From: Phoronis australis
Lineage: Eukaryota; Animalia; Phoronida
Assembly: GCA_002633005.1 (NCBI GenBank)
Contig: NMRA01000710.1
Location: forward strand, 8,800-54,674
Direction: 5' to 3'
DNA length: 45,875 nucleotides
Numbering within the stretch: the first letter of the stretch is position 1; each line of letters starts with the position of its first letter. Both the position numbers and the translations under genes were made by a program. Positions 26,513-38,820 of this stretch are shown in pieces. Below the pieces are notes generated by a model. The model did not search any database and was not told the DNA's origin. It was given only the letters and a program-made list of their open reading frames with translations.

Positions 26513-28415
26513 CGCTCTCCGTAACTGCTACGACCGGGATTTTGCAGATTTATATAACGGGATTACAAACGTGCGAAGACACGAGGGTACCAGGTGTTGG
26601 CACGCTTCCAACCACAGCTAACTNTTTGGTACACTGTATATGATTACAAAATCCGTTTACGCGATATTTTGAAAAATTTGACATGCATTTTACTCGAGTT
26701 AACAAGGTAATTATTTTGCGATTGATTTTAAGACTCATACAATTTTAATTTAAAAATTCGTTAGCACTCCACCGAGAAGAATTCCCAAATGGACCCTAGG
26801 ACGTTTGGAATCTATTGTCACCCTTTCTGAATTTTTCTTTGAAATTATGCTCACTTCAATATCAGTGGAGCTCCAATGATACACCACGTCTATTTGAAAT
26901 GAGATATCGTTCCATAGTGAGCGCACCCCCTCCCGGGGAGACCCCCACGCGGGACGGTGGGGGCAGCAGATGTGTGTCATCAGATGCTGTTCCTTTCCCT
27001 CTTTTTGTGTAAAGTGGTGCTTCTGCTGGAGGATGTCTTTCCTATTTTAACAAATTATTATTATTATTATTATTATCATTATTATTATTACACCATTTCG
27101 TATTATGACATCATCTCGGAGATGGACACAAAGTGAGTCCACTTTTGTAGTGTCTAAATTGACTGTAAGCTTGTGTACATCGTGCCTCTGGTATCAGGAT
27201 AAAGGTTAATTGAGTAAAATGCTTTAAAATATGCCAAGCTGGAAAGGTGCAGTGGTCTAGGTTAGACTGAATCATCAATTGAATTTCGATGGCTGAAGGC
27301 AACAGCGCACGTGTAATAGTATCATATCTCCCTTGCCCGATTTCTTTTCAAGCGCTGAAAAAATTCCGGCCTGCACCGCCATCCAGCAGGATAAAATCAC
27401 AGCGTTTTAGTTAACTACCTTTAAATAGTTAAGTGAAACTCTGCGTTTAAAATTGAATTTTTACCTTGCTCATGTCCACCAAACAGGTCTGGTAGCGGCG
27501 GTTTATCTCTGCCGCCTGGTCAATTGCTTATTACGGCGTTATGAATCCCGACTGCTAACCTTCCTGACTCACGATCGGCACCAGCGTTCTCAATAACAAC
27601 TAATGCAATTCTTTTTCACGATAGAGGCAGAGTTCTTGTCTAATGAAATGACCGAACAGAAAGCCGTGTAATGACAAGCGTGATATGATTTCGATCTCAA
27701 ATGTAAAAATTTGAAGTGTGATGAAATTAGCGTTTTGTCATCGGACATTTGTCATATACAACATAAATAAAAGCTATCCGATATTAGCATGTGTTCCTAA
27801 AATGGAAATTTTGACTGAATGTATTAATACCTTGATGCATCAGAAAGGAACACTGATTGTGGAAAAGATCAGGAATTGTAATTGCGACCTGTTCAAAGCC
27901 GTTTATGAGAAACGAACTGAGTTGGTAAGAACCGATATATGGTGGATGGTGGGAAAAGAGAGGCTCATAAGAGTTAATGAGAAAAGGACGTTATTAATTA
28001 GAACGCCCGTGGGAAGCGTGACGCAGGAAGATTGGCAGGCCTGTGATTCACACGTTTATGATTGACGTGGTGTTAATGCGTTGCATGGGATCTAAATTAT
28101 GGTTCTTGAGTAAAGAATCAAAACAACACTGTCATCAAAACCAGAAAAGTCTTTGTTGTGGCATAGAAGGCATGAATAAAATTAATGTAAACAAATCATC
28201 CTAAAATTCCCAGTACAAATGGCCGCGGGAATATACACAACGACGTTTACGGTTAACGCTGTTGTGCATGCTTGCGGCCGTTACGCTCCTTGTCCTGATT
28301 TGCACCACAGTCAAGCACACCTCTGTATTTTAATTATCGAGCCACGGGAAGTTGTAACAGTAGACGTAATCCACAAATTCAGTTGTACTTATCAGACTAT
28401 CGCAGTTTCACTTAC

Positions 28416-28753
28416 TTTTTGTGTTGTTCCATCAACATTGCCAATAGAGTGGCTGTGAACGCCTTAGTCAGTGAGCCGATTGCAAACAGTGTATGTGGTC
28501 TCACCGGGACATTCTGCTCTCGCTCCGCCATTCCATAACCTTTCTGCAATACCATAGTACCGTGCTTGACAATGGCTAAGCTCAGACCAGGATTGTCCCG
28601 GCAGCGCATCAGTCGCTGAACAAACTGTTCGATGGCTGCAATCTCATCATTTTCCAAGTGAAAGTCATGGATGGACCACGACGGTTGAGCCAGGCAGATC
28701 ACTAAGATAGTTGTAGTAAAGCACTGCACGAAACAGGAGCCCGCGCCTGCCAT
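28416..28753 (-). CDS. Beta-lactamase-family serine hydrolase, exon 1 (signal peptide, SxxK motif)
   Basis: ATG at 28753; hydrophobic signal (TTILVICLAQPSWS); PGLSLAIVKHG...GYG...F.IGSLTKAF with SLTK as SxxK; donor AA|gtaagt, phase 2. Confidence 0.88.
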
Positions 28754-28763
28754 CGCTCTCCGT

Positions 28764-28797
28764 AACTGCTACGACCGGGATTTTGCAGATTTATATA
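28764..28797 (-). promoter_or_regulatory. TATA box plus initiator-like element of the beta-lactamase-like gene
   Basis: TATATAAA (28797-28790) with GCAGTT whose A (28767) lies 30 nt downstream, the canonical TATA-Inr spacing. Implies a 5'UTR of about 14 nt. Confidence 0.55.
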
Positions 28798-31700
28798 ACG
28801 GGATTACAAACGTGCGAAGACACGAGGGTACCAGGTGTTGGCACGCTTCCAACCACAGCTAACTAGAAACATCGCAGCCTAGTCAACATCACTCGCCATA
28901 CGTATAACCAGCAACTCTCATTTGATTGGTAGATTTTGCGAAACTAACTTCATCACGGCTTAAAGTCTGTAATTCACGTGCTTGTGACGGTTTTGTTAAA
29001 ATCGACATAAATGGAAAATGTACCTAACTACAGATAAACAAAGTGGTCACGTGACGTAAGCTCATGAATTGTAAGCAATTAAACAGTATTACCCTTTAAA
29101 TAGTGAGTGGGACAGCTTGACCAATCAACCAAGGGGCGTGTAGAACACATTGGTCAGCCATATAGTGCACTGGACATGTTATACATAACAATATGGTTAC
29201 TGCTTTAAAATAAACAAACACCCACGTTGTATAAACACTTGCCTGTGTGTGTTTTCAACGTTCCATCCAGAGCACCGTCTCGCTCTGGATAATTCCACAC
29301 ATCCAATGAAGTCATCATTGATTTACTGTGAATTCAATAAAAGCCTCATGTGACACAGTTCTCGATCCCTTCACTATTTGGTAATCAAATCGTACACTGA
29401 GCAGTCCATGCATTTTTGAGCCAGCTGCTATTACCAGGAGAGTTATGATCGTTCATCGAGTTAAAAATAATGTTCAATTTGAGTCAAACCTGCATTGCGT
29501 TCCACGGAACGTACATTTCCCCTCGATAAGTTTGTTGGACGGGTAACGTCATTATCATAATGAACAGTGGCGCCCGTGACCTGGGACATCAGCCGTATGT
29601 ATAGCATTTTCGTCACTTAGCCAAATTAGAATCATTCGCAGAATAAATTTAGTTACGATGGAGTTGACTAACATTGTTCCTTGAGAGTCAGCATGTATCA
29701 TGCACATAGGCGCATTTGCCTCAAAGAAAAATATTTCTCAAGCGTTTCGTACATTAGGCACATTTAGCATCCCTTTTGTACACGCACACATTAAACTTGT
29801 TACACACGAATTATTCTCGACTTAAACCATAGTGTTGCCCGTGCCCAACAGTGTAACTCGAACTTGGTTTCAAAGCAAATATCATTATAAGAGCCCAGAA
29901 TATATCGCAAGGTTCTTCCACGACTTAAATGACAGAGAATATTTAAAAAAAAATGATGTATCCCTATTTCAAGATCATCATTTTCATAGTTTTAACAAAT
30001 GTTTCACGTAGAGGAGCATACGTCGGATTATGGATATAGGTGCAACTTGGAATAAAGGCAAGTGGACCTCAATACGCGCATACATACGGAATTATCATTA
30101 ATATTTTTTATTATATTCTGTTGCAACAAACGTGAACAATAAAACTAAACATCTCATATATCCGTATCAAGTCTCACGTGCCTATGTCCGAAAGCTATGT
30201 TTAAAATATGCAGATAAGTTTTGCGTATAAGCGCATGCGCTTAGGCTTCCGACTTTCGGCTATCTCTTGTGCATTATGACGGATGTGAATGTTTTAAGGT
30301 TGTATTTTATGCATGCTTCATAAATTTAACTTAAACAGGTATCGCAAAGTGACGTGAACGTGAATTTTCACGCATTTATAATACCGTGTCATACCTGTCA
30401 ATGTTGGCTGTGACGTGTTCCCGAAAGTGTTTGAGCATTATACGTGTTGCTCTAGACACGAAACCGAGTGTGGACCCTGTTTGATTTTTATTTGGTTAAA
30501 CATCGAAAAAAGCTTTATTTTGTTATTGTTCATACCTTTTATTATTCACTTCCGTATCAAATGAACACGATTCTTTTGTCAAAAATGTTTTTAAAGTTTA
30601 GTTGCAAGAAAACACTTTTTCTAAAATCTTTATTCTGCTAGGGTTCGATGGATATCTTCGAACTAGAATTGGTTTTTAACAAAAACTATTTTGTGTTGTT
30701 AAAATTTTTTACATGCATCTATTTATTCTAAACTGGAAATAAATTTAACACTCTAAGAGTTGACTATCTTTTGTACTAGTTCTTAGAAACGACTTTTCAC
30801 ACATTTCTATCTAGCAGACATGTACTACGATGTCTGTACACTCTGAGCCCAGCAATTCAGTTCACTTTTACTTTCACGTTCGCGTAAAAATATGGTTGTA
30901 ACGAAATCCACTTTTGTTACTGTAACGTGAATCGGCACTTGCAAGTAAGTATGCGTCATAATTCACGTTGATGCCAGTTTGAGAACCTCTCTAATATATG
31001 ATATAATTCACGTCAACAAAAGTCGCTTTTTAATGAAACTTTCTCATTTTACTTGTTTTAAAAACAGTACAGGTGAATGTAATTTCAGTAAACAGACAGT
31101 CTGTAAGAACCTGTACAAAACAGCTCATAATATCTTTGGAAAACTCTAAAAAGACGAATTTTTTCGTTTTGTGTCAAAATGTTTCACGACAAATGCACGA
31201 CAAGAACTTTGAATTGATTAAAAAATTCTTTCAGACGTTCACCACGTGCCATTGTCTTGGCTGACGCCGCCTTGCGGCCGCGGTGCGTATAAACACTAAA
31301 CATAATGTAATTTGCACTTTGTCCTCAGTGGAATGAGAATTGAAAATAAACAAAAACACAGCGCTTTGGCATCTAATTGAAAGACGTTGTCATAACAACG
31401 ACATCTGAGACTTGTTAATAATATTGAAGATCCATGTAGGGTGAACGTTCGCCAGATGTTTGTTGCTTAGTTTCAATAAAGTGTTAAATGAATCGTTATA
31501 TTTTTGAAGACTTTTTGGTCACTATAGCACATGCATGAAGGCCTACTTACTTTGGAGAGTGATGGAAGTACTCCAGGCGTATACCAGGCAACCTGCAATA
31601 ATTAGGTTATTACACGAGAAATTGAAGAGTTTTGGCTACACGATCAACAAGAACGCGAACACGTTAGTCACCAGAGGTCACAGCTTCTTGCGTGCGTATG

Positions 31701-31917
31701 CGTTATGTCTTTTTTGAGTTCGGCGTCTTGAAACTTTAAGGGAAGAGGGGGTCGAAGGGTTCGATCATGAACCGAATAGAATTTCATGCACAAGTCAAGG
31801 CTAGTAAAGAGCGTGAAGTGAATCCATCTATCCCTCTTCCATTCACATAAACGTGTCCAAGAGGACCAGCCCCCTCCTTGGCCAATACATTACTGTCAAG
31901 CAGCAACGGAGTATTCT

Positions 31918-32327
31918 CAACTGTATGGTGGGCCGTTGAGGGGAAAGTGTCGCCGTAAATTACGCTCGTAAAATACCTTAAGAATGTTTCAAATTTAAAC
32001 CAATCAGTGTTGACCTAACACTGATGGGCAGCTCGTTCTTGCACAATTGCTGACATTGCAGCAGCGATTTGATCCGCCATGATTCAGCACTCGTATCGTA
32101 AACAGGTAACCCGTCAGTAAATAAGTATTTCCATGAGCACGCGCGACCGTGGATTGTAAAACCCAACGTCATTGGCTAAGAGTTTAAACTAAATTACGAG
32201 TGTAATTTTACGCCGTAAAGAATTAAATTACGCTCGTAATTTTGCGGCGTAATTAACGGCGTAATATACATAGTTAAGCTCGTATTTTTCCGGCGACACT
32301 TTCCCCGCAACGGTCATCATACAACTG
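31918..32327. mobile_element. MITE with ~38-bp TIRs and subterminal repeats
   Basis: caactgtatggtgggccgttgaggggaaagtgtcgccg versus cggcgacactttccccgcaacggtcatcatacaactg; internal aaattacgctcgtaa repeats. Confidence 0.78.
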
Positions 32328-33446
32328 ACCACAAACTGCATGGAATTATATCGCTATCGAGCCTGGGGTCTGTTTCATGAACTTCAGTTTAAGACCACAT
32401 ACATGTACCAAGGGATTAGTCTTGAAAGTATTTACCGAAGAGAAATATGTAACATGATATATTTGTTATGAAAACTACAAGACTTTTTGAACACAGTTTG
32501 TACCTAGGCCGAAATCCTAAAAACATCGGCTATTCTCGCCTATTTCCGTGACCTAAGTTCCCTGCAGTGGCACTCATTAGTTTGACCTAAGGTTGGATTT
32601 GTCTTTTGTAGCCACGGTTGTATATGCCTTCCAGTATTTTATGAGCCATGATTGAATTTGCCTTACAATATTTTCTTTGAGTAGCGACTAAATTTGCCTC
32701 CACAGTTACATTAAAATGGGCACCTGACAGGTTATCTGGACATTTTAAGTTCTGAGCTACAACAGTCATCACCTTCATTTCGGAGAGTGTTCTAGGTGAA
32801 ATTGTGCCAATTCTTGACCCCGCGACCCACTCTTTGCCCAGTCATAGCTTGAAAAGTTGAAATTCAGCAGACATTTTATGTATCCGTCAGACACGTTGGA
32901 TCAACACCTAATTTCTGTAACTTGGAATATTTAGGCAGACAGAATGCAATGTCTCTCAATTCATAATAATCACATGCACATGGTGGCGTTTGGGGGTGAA
33001 CACTGTTGATTTGGTGTATTTGCTCGTTTTTTGAAGTAGACGTCTGCACATTCGGTAGTCGTAACAGATGGAAAACTTGTCTTTGTAATCACTTTCAATA
33101 CACATTGTTGAGGGTTATTGAAGTCTTTGGCACAGTATGCTGTTCATATTTTCAGGTTTTGTACATCCTGTGGAACAGACTGCTGTCAAGACCTGGTTTA
33201 ATTTCAAGCCCAAAAACAAAAAGAATCTGCTGAGTACTATGTATATGCATCAGTTCAAAATGACGGCCATTTTGTTGTCCGTGAAAATGTGATACCACCT
33301 GAACGTGAGCGATGTTTATTTGTTTGACCGTTTTTATTCACACTTGGGGTTCTTCTTATGCGAATTTGGTTTTATGTCGTCCAAGTCTTTAGCAATTTGC
33401 ATGTAAAGGGTAATATCTAGTATAATTGTAAACTGAAATAGTCACT

Positions 33447-33586
33447 ATGAGCGGCGCACCCATAGGGGTGGAGGCTAAAGCCTCCAAATTTTTTCATTGC
33501 TACGCCACCCATGGTCTATAGGCGGTGCACCACAGAGGGGATGGGGGGCTTTAGTCCCCCACTTTTCCAGTGCTGCACCGCCCATG
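33447..33586. mobile_element. Two adjacent ~65-70-bp GC-rich inverted-repeat mini-elements
   Basis: atgagcggcgcacc...gctacgccacccat and ataggcggtgcaccac...gtgctgcaccgcccat, each with an internal G-run/C-run hairpin. A similar element end lies at 1-40. Confidence 0.5.
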
Positions 33587-34104
33587 CTATATGTGGCGCT
33601 TGCTGCAGTAACCACCACGTGTCTTGACTCATTGTCAAAGTTAACTGAAGGATCAGCTTCTGTGATAAATCAAAGGAACAAATCAACAAACAAACATGTA
33701 AGCTTGAATTATGCAACACAATATTTGAAAGTTACTGTAGGCGAATTTCTTGACTATTATATAACCGCCAAAGTACTTTCAGCGTCTGTCCGACGATGAA
33801 CACGTGGTGCCACATTTAATGAAGTTAGAAACTGAAATAGTTTACAATGTATTATCTCGCTCATGTGTCGCACCAGTTAATAACTGTTCGCAAGTTTACT
33901 AGTGGTTAATTTGCCACTATATCACGTGACTTAGACCCAAAAAAGATCAGTACACAGTGACATATTTAAAAATATTATTTTGGACTTTTCTGGATCAGAA
34001 CCACCTAACGATTTAGCGCCTAGATATTTTAACAAATTCTTTGTTTGGACAAATTGGGTTCAAGTTGACTAGTAAGACCATGAGTGAGTTGGATGCAGTG
34101 AAAA

Positions 34105-34535
34105 CTTATGCTGCCAAGGTACCGTGAACATATACTTTTGTTGGTAGGTTACCGTAAACTTACTTCTGTTGCCAGGGTAAAGTAAACTTACTTTTGTTGC
34201 CAGAGTACCGTAAACTTATTTCTGTTGCCATGTACTGTAAACCTACTTATGCTGCCAGGGTACCGTAAACATACTTACGTTGCCAGGGTAGTGTAAAGTT
34301 ACTTCTGTTGCCAGGGTACCGTAAACTTACTTCTGTTGCAGGGATACAATAAACTTACTTATGTTGCCAGGGTACCGTAAACTAACTTTTGTTGCCAGGG
34401 TACTGTAAACTTACTCCTGTTGCCTGGGTACCGTAAACTTTCTAATGTTGCCAGCGTACTGTAAATTAACTTTTGTTGCAATGGTAGCCTACCGTAAACT
34501 TACTTATGTTCCCAAGGTCCCGTAAACTTACTTGA
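34105..34535. repeat. Minisatellite, 28-bp unit
   Basis: gttgccagggtaccgtaaacttacttct, about 15 diverged copies. Confidence 0.9.
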
Positions 34536-34735
34536 GTTGAGAGCGTTGTGCGTTCATGAAGTCAACATTACGTGGTCAGTCGTTTTCTGCGTAATTACAG
34601 TAACAGACAGAACTCCAACAAAGTAGCAGAAAGAAAAAAGTCTGTTTCGCTGTCTCATATACAGACAGTTCTATCACGGCATGTCATTAGAATTTTTGGC
34701 TAAAGTTGTAAGTTTTTTTAGAACCATGCCCCTTA

Positions 34736-35069
34736 TAGCAAGGTACATACACCTGTTAACACGATCCATAACCTCTTAGCAAGGCACATACACCTGTTAG
34801 CAAGGCACATACACCTGTCAGCAAGGCACCTACACCTCTTAGCAAGGCACATACACCTCTTAGCAAGGCACATACACCTGTTAGCAAGGCACATAACCTG
34901 CTAGCAAGGCACATACACCTGTTAGCAAGGCACGTACACCTGTTAGCAAGGCACATACACCTGTTAGCAAGGCTTATACACCTGTTAGGTAGGCACACAC
35001 ACCTGTTAGCAAGGCACATGCACCTGTTAGCTAGGCCCATGTCCCTACTAGTAAGCCCCATACACCTGT
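34736..35069. repeat. Minisatellite, 21-bp unit
   Basis: tagcaaggcacatacacctgt, about 15 copies. Confidence 0.9.
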
Positions 35070-35793
35070 GGGTATCTTAAAAAGCATAGTTGGTTCTGCC
35101 GATCATAAGTGATGCGGGCTTTTTACTAATTGTTTGTCAAATCTTGACATTTCATACCGGCGGCTAGAGTTATATCCGAGTTACGCTTTTTGAACTTTGC
35201 TATCCGTTGCACGAAAATGTGCATTCCATTTTTGCCCGTTTAGAATATTCTTGCTGCTGTTTAGTTACACGACAACGTCTTGTAACCATCTTGTAAAACG
35301 TTCGTCAAAATGTCGTTGCGTGATATCTAAAATTTTAGACACTTTGTTTTACGTAGAGGTGTAGGGCTTCGTGCATAATTGCGTATAAAAGCTATGAACG
35401 TTGAAGTACTTTATTAATTTTCATGAAATTAGAAATAAATGTTGCGATATACATTTTACTGCAAAGTTTACTAATCTGAATAGCACCCACAACATGTAAC
35501 ATCACATACGCTGAATGAGCAGACAACAACATGGATTTCAAAGATTTCTTCAAGGCAAACACATTGCTTATTTGAGCAACACGTTACTATTTCGACTTGA
35601 CCTAATTTGCGCTGGGTTCAATGATAACATTTGTTTTTAACGCTCATTTCAGTCTGAAATAGGTGTCAGTGTGTGCATATCATCCAATAATTAAGTCAGT
35701 TCGCACGGGTCAAGGTTCTTTACATCTAATTATGGATGAAGAAGCAGCACATGATTACATACAAGGTACTACCGGTAGGTGGAGCGAGCAGCT

Positions 35794-35983
35794 CTAGCAC
35801 ATGACTGGATACAAGGTGCTGGCGGGAGGTACAATAGGTTTGTTGCATCCCGACTCGGCGCAACAAAAGTCGCATTGCCCAGCTGTAACAATGTCCGTGA
35901 CACGATACAAAACATTGATACACGGCATCGACTCACATGACTGTACGAAGTACTTACTCCGGCAATCGGACTCAGTAACACAT
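35794..35983 (-). CDS. Gene D terminal exon: C-terminal half of Ly6/uPAR (three-finger)-like domain
   Basis: Acceptor tttcattgcag| phase 2. Encodes CVTESDCRSKY...QCDFCCAESGCNKPIVPPASTLYPVMC then TAG; CCxxxxCN signature. Confidence 0.85.
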
Positions 35984-36140
35984 CTGCAATGAAATAAGCA
36001 AAAATACTTTAGCCGGTTTAACACTAAAATTTGACCATGTACGTTGAAAAATAACCCTAGATTGCCAAATTCAACGTGTAGACTCTTCAACCCATAAAAA
36101 AATGTCCCTGCCGCTATTGGAAACGTAAGCCTAGTGTTAG

Positions 36141-36445
36141 AGACCTAAGGTACGGACAGGCCTAAGGTACAGACCTAAGGTAGGCTACAGACACACCTAA
36201 GGTACGGACAGACCTAAGGTACGGACAGACCTAAGGCACGGACAGACCTAAGGCACGGGCAGACCTACGGTACAGACCTAAGACTAAGAACAGACGTAAG
36301 GTACAAATAGACCTAAGGCACGGACAAACCTCTACAGGTATGGACCTACCAAAGGTACGACTTCCCCAATGTACGGACAGACCTTAGGGTAAGGGCAGAC
36401 CTAAAGTAAGGACCTAGGGTAAGCTATACACACACCTCAGGTAGC
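36141..36445. repeat. Intronic minisatellite, ~17-bp unit
   Basis: agacctaaggtacggac variants; repeated in the duplicate at 37066-37275. Confidence 0.85.
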
Positions 36446-36755
36446 CCCATTTGCATCTACCTACCTTTAGGACTATAATGCCAGTAAGTCAATCCCGCTC
36501 ATGAATTTATTATAGTCTTAACAACAATGATCAACAAGTTCGAAATAGTTTAATGAAAAAGGCCCAAAGAGTCGGTCGATTTTATTACGAAAGCGTAGTA
36601 CTACGTGCTATGAAACCATATTCACCTTCGTTACCAACAACTACGTGAAAGAAGATGCTTCGAGTGACACGAAGAACATACATTGTATGAGTTTCATGGT
36701 AAAGCCGATTTTTATTTAACTTTTGCACAACATACCATGTTCCACGTAAACTCAC

Positions 36756-36891
36756 CTTTTTCTAACCATCTGTTTTCCACCAGGCAAGCTTGTAATGGTA
36801 TTCAGACAATATGATTTGTCAGCGTCGCACTCTTTAAGTTTCCCGTCACATAATCCATCTACATCCGGGTCACATGTGTAGCACGAGAATC
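36756..36891 (-). CDS. Gene D exon: N-terminal half of LU-like domain
   Basis: Acceptor ttttcactccag|, donor AG|gtgagt, phase 1-2. Encodes GFSCYTCDPDVDGLCDGKLKECDADKSYCLNTITSLPGGKQMVRK. Not in the ORF track; found by manual translation. Confidence 0.85.
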
Positions 36892-37594
36892 CTGGAGTGA
36901 AAACTAAAACACTGTATTTGTCTTTAGGAGGGTGCCACGTCTACACTGAATTATTACTTAATAGCCAAGTCTGACATTTTTCTGGCACAATCCTGAAATG
37001 TCAAAATGCAACCTTTATCAGAACCCATCTCAATCCTTCACAAGTTCCCTTGAACTTAGCACTCNGGCACGGACAGACCTAAGGCACGGGCAGACCTACG
37101 GTACAGACCTAAGACTAAAAACAGACGTAAGGTACAAATAGACCTAAGGCACGGACAAACCTCTACAGGTACGGACCTACCAAAGGTACGACTTACCTAA
37201 AGTACGGACAGACCTTAGGGCAAGTACAGACCTAAAGTAAGGACATAGAGTAAGCTATACACACACCTCAGGTAGTCCCATTTGCATCTACCTACCTTTA
37301 GGACTATAATGCCAGTAAGTCATTCCCGCTCATGAATTTATTATAGTCTTAACAACAATGATCAACAAGTTCGAAATAGTTTCATGAAAAAGGCCCAAAG
37401 AGTCGGTCGATTTTATTACGAAAGTGTACATGTACGTGCTATGAAACCATATTCACCTAAGCAACTTCGTTACCAACAACTACGTGAAAGAAGATGCTTC
37501 GAGTGACACGAAGAACATACATTGCATGAGTTTCATGGTAAAGCCGATTTTTATTTAACTTTCGCACAACATACCGTCTTCCACGTAAACTCAC

Positions 37595-37730
37595 CTTTTT
37601 CTAACCATCTGTTTTCCACCAGGCAAGCTTGTAATGGTATTGAGACAATATGATTTGTCAGCGTCGCACTCTTTAAGTTTCCCGTCACATAATCCATCTA
37701 CATCCGGGTCACATGTGTAGCACGAGAATC
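37595..37730 (-). CDS. Duplicate copy of the 36756-36891 exon (probably allelic/assembly)
   Basis: Same protein, one synonymous change seen (CTG/CTC). Inside the 0.83-kb duplication joined by N at 37065; splicing both copies together would break the frame. Confidence 0.5.
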
Positions 37731-38479
37731 CTGGAGTGAAAACTAAAACACTGTATTTGTCTTTAGGAGGGTGCCACGTCTACACTGAATTATTACTTAA
37801 TAGCCAAGTCTGACATTTTTCTGGCACAATCCTGAAATGTCAAAATGCAACCTTTATCAGAACCCATCTCAATCCTTCACAAGTTCCCTTGAACTTAGCA
37901 CTCCTCCCGAAAATCTGCAAAGATTGTTGCATCGCTCATTCTGTGGCATTAAGCTCGAATGTTAAGTATTTGAATGGTCACGCACTTTTTTATAATTTGA
38001 ACGTTTACACTGAAATCCAGATTTTGGGTTTGCGATGGCCAAGATGCTATTTTGGATGTGAATGTCACTGTTCATGCCGATTACGGAGTGACAAAACATG
38101 TTTTTACCGTTAGTAGAATGTCATTCTAATTTCTTTAAGATGGCGTGCAGTTATGCCTAGCATTCAAAAAAGGAACTTATTTCCAAAACAATGACCATAT
38201 TCCATTACATCACCAAAACACTCGCTCGGGGCGAAATTAAAACAGGTGTTGGTTTGAAATGAATCAGGAAACTTAAAATCGAAAAAGATCAGCTGACATT
38301 GTTTGGAAAACAATTAATCAGACAAATTCGGACCATTTCACAAACCTCTTTACGCGCATTTTAAGAAACATGGTTCGGAGTGCAGATTAAAAATTGTACA
38401 CATTTAATTGTTATTGAAGTTTGACTACCTTGATATGCCGCTTTCGCGCATCTAAGTCTGCAAGTGATAGTATCAACCA

Positions 38480-38820
38480 ATAACTAGATTTGAGCATATC
38501 TGTCTTCTTGATAGTTATGATTATCACACCTGCACGTAGCACCTTACAGGCGTGTTGCTGGGTAATCTCTATTCAACTCCAACATGTTCCCAGTAACCTT
38601 TCCGCCAATCGTCTGAAAGTTCGCTCATGCAGTCCCATTCATCAAAGAAACACATGTTCAAAATTTCATGAACATATATCAAAGACTTTTAGAGATAGAG
38701 CAACGGACGCCGGACAGTGGACGCCGAACGGACGCCAGATGGATGCCGGACGAGCGCCAGACGGATGCCGGACGATAACGGCATAATGCGTGCACATGGA
38801 AATATGTGAAAGCATAAAAA
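38480..38820 (+). mobile_element. Helentron-associated non-autonomous element (HINE/DINE-1-like)
   Basis: Starts ataactaga; aaatttcatgaa...gagatag core; ggacgcc-type microsatellite; 3' hairpin-like end then gcataaaaa. Confidence 0.55.

Larger units (their letters stand above)
24377..28864. repeat. 2.24-kb direct duplication (24377-26623 / 26625-28864) joined by a single N
   Basis: Colinear copies with scattered SNPs and microsatellite-length differences; junction exactly at N 26624. Confidence 0.9.
36235..37903. repeat. 0.83-kb direct duplication (36235-37064 / 37066-37903) joined by a single N
   Basis: Colinear near-identical copies; junction at N 37065. Confidence 0.9.

Noticed and set aside
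14830-28753. Bacterial contamination or an antibiotic-resistance gene
   Set aside because: Four GT-AG introns, TATA promoter and animal repeats show it is a host gene; beta-lactam hydrolysis cannot be inferred from the fold.
34756-35061. Cys-rich repeat ORF (CLANRCM)n
   Set aside because: 21-bp minisatellite translation.
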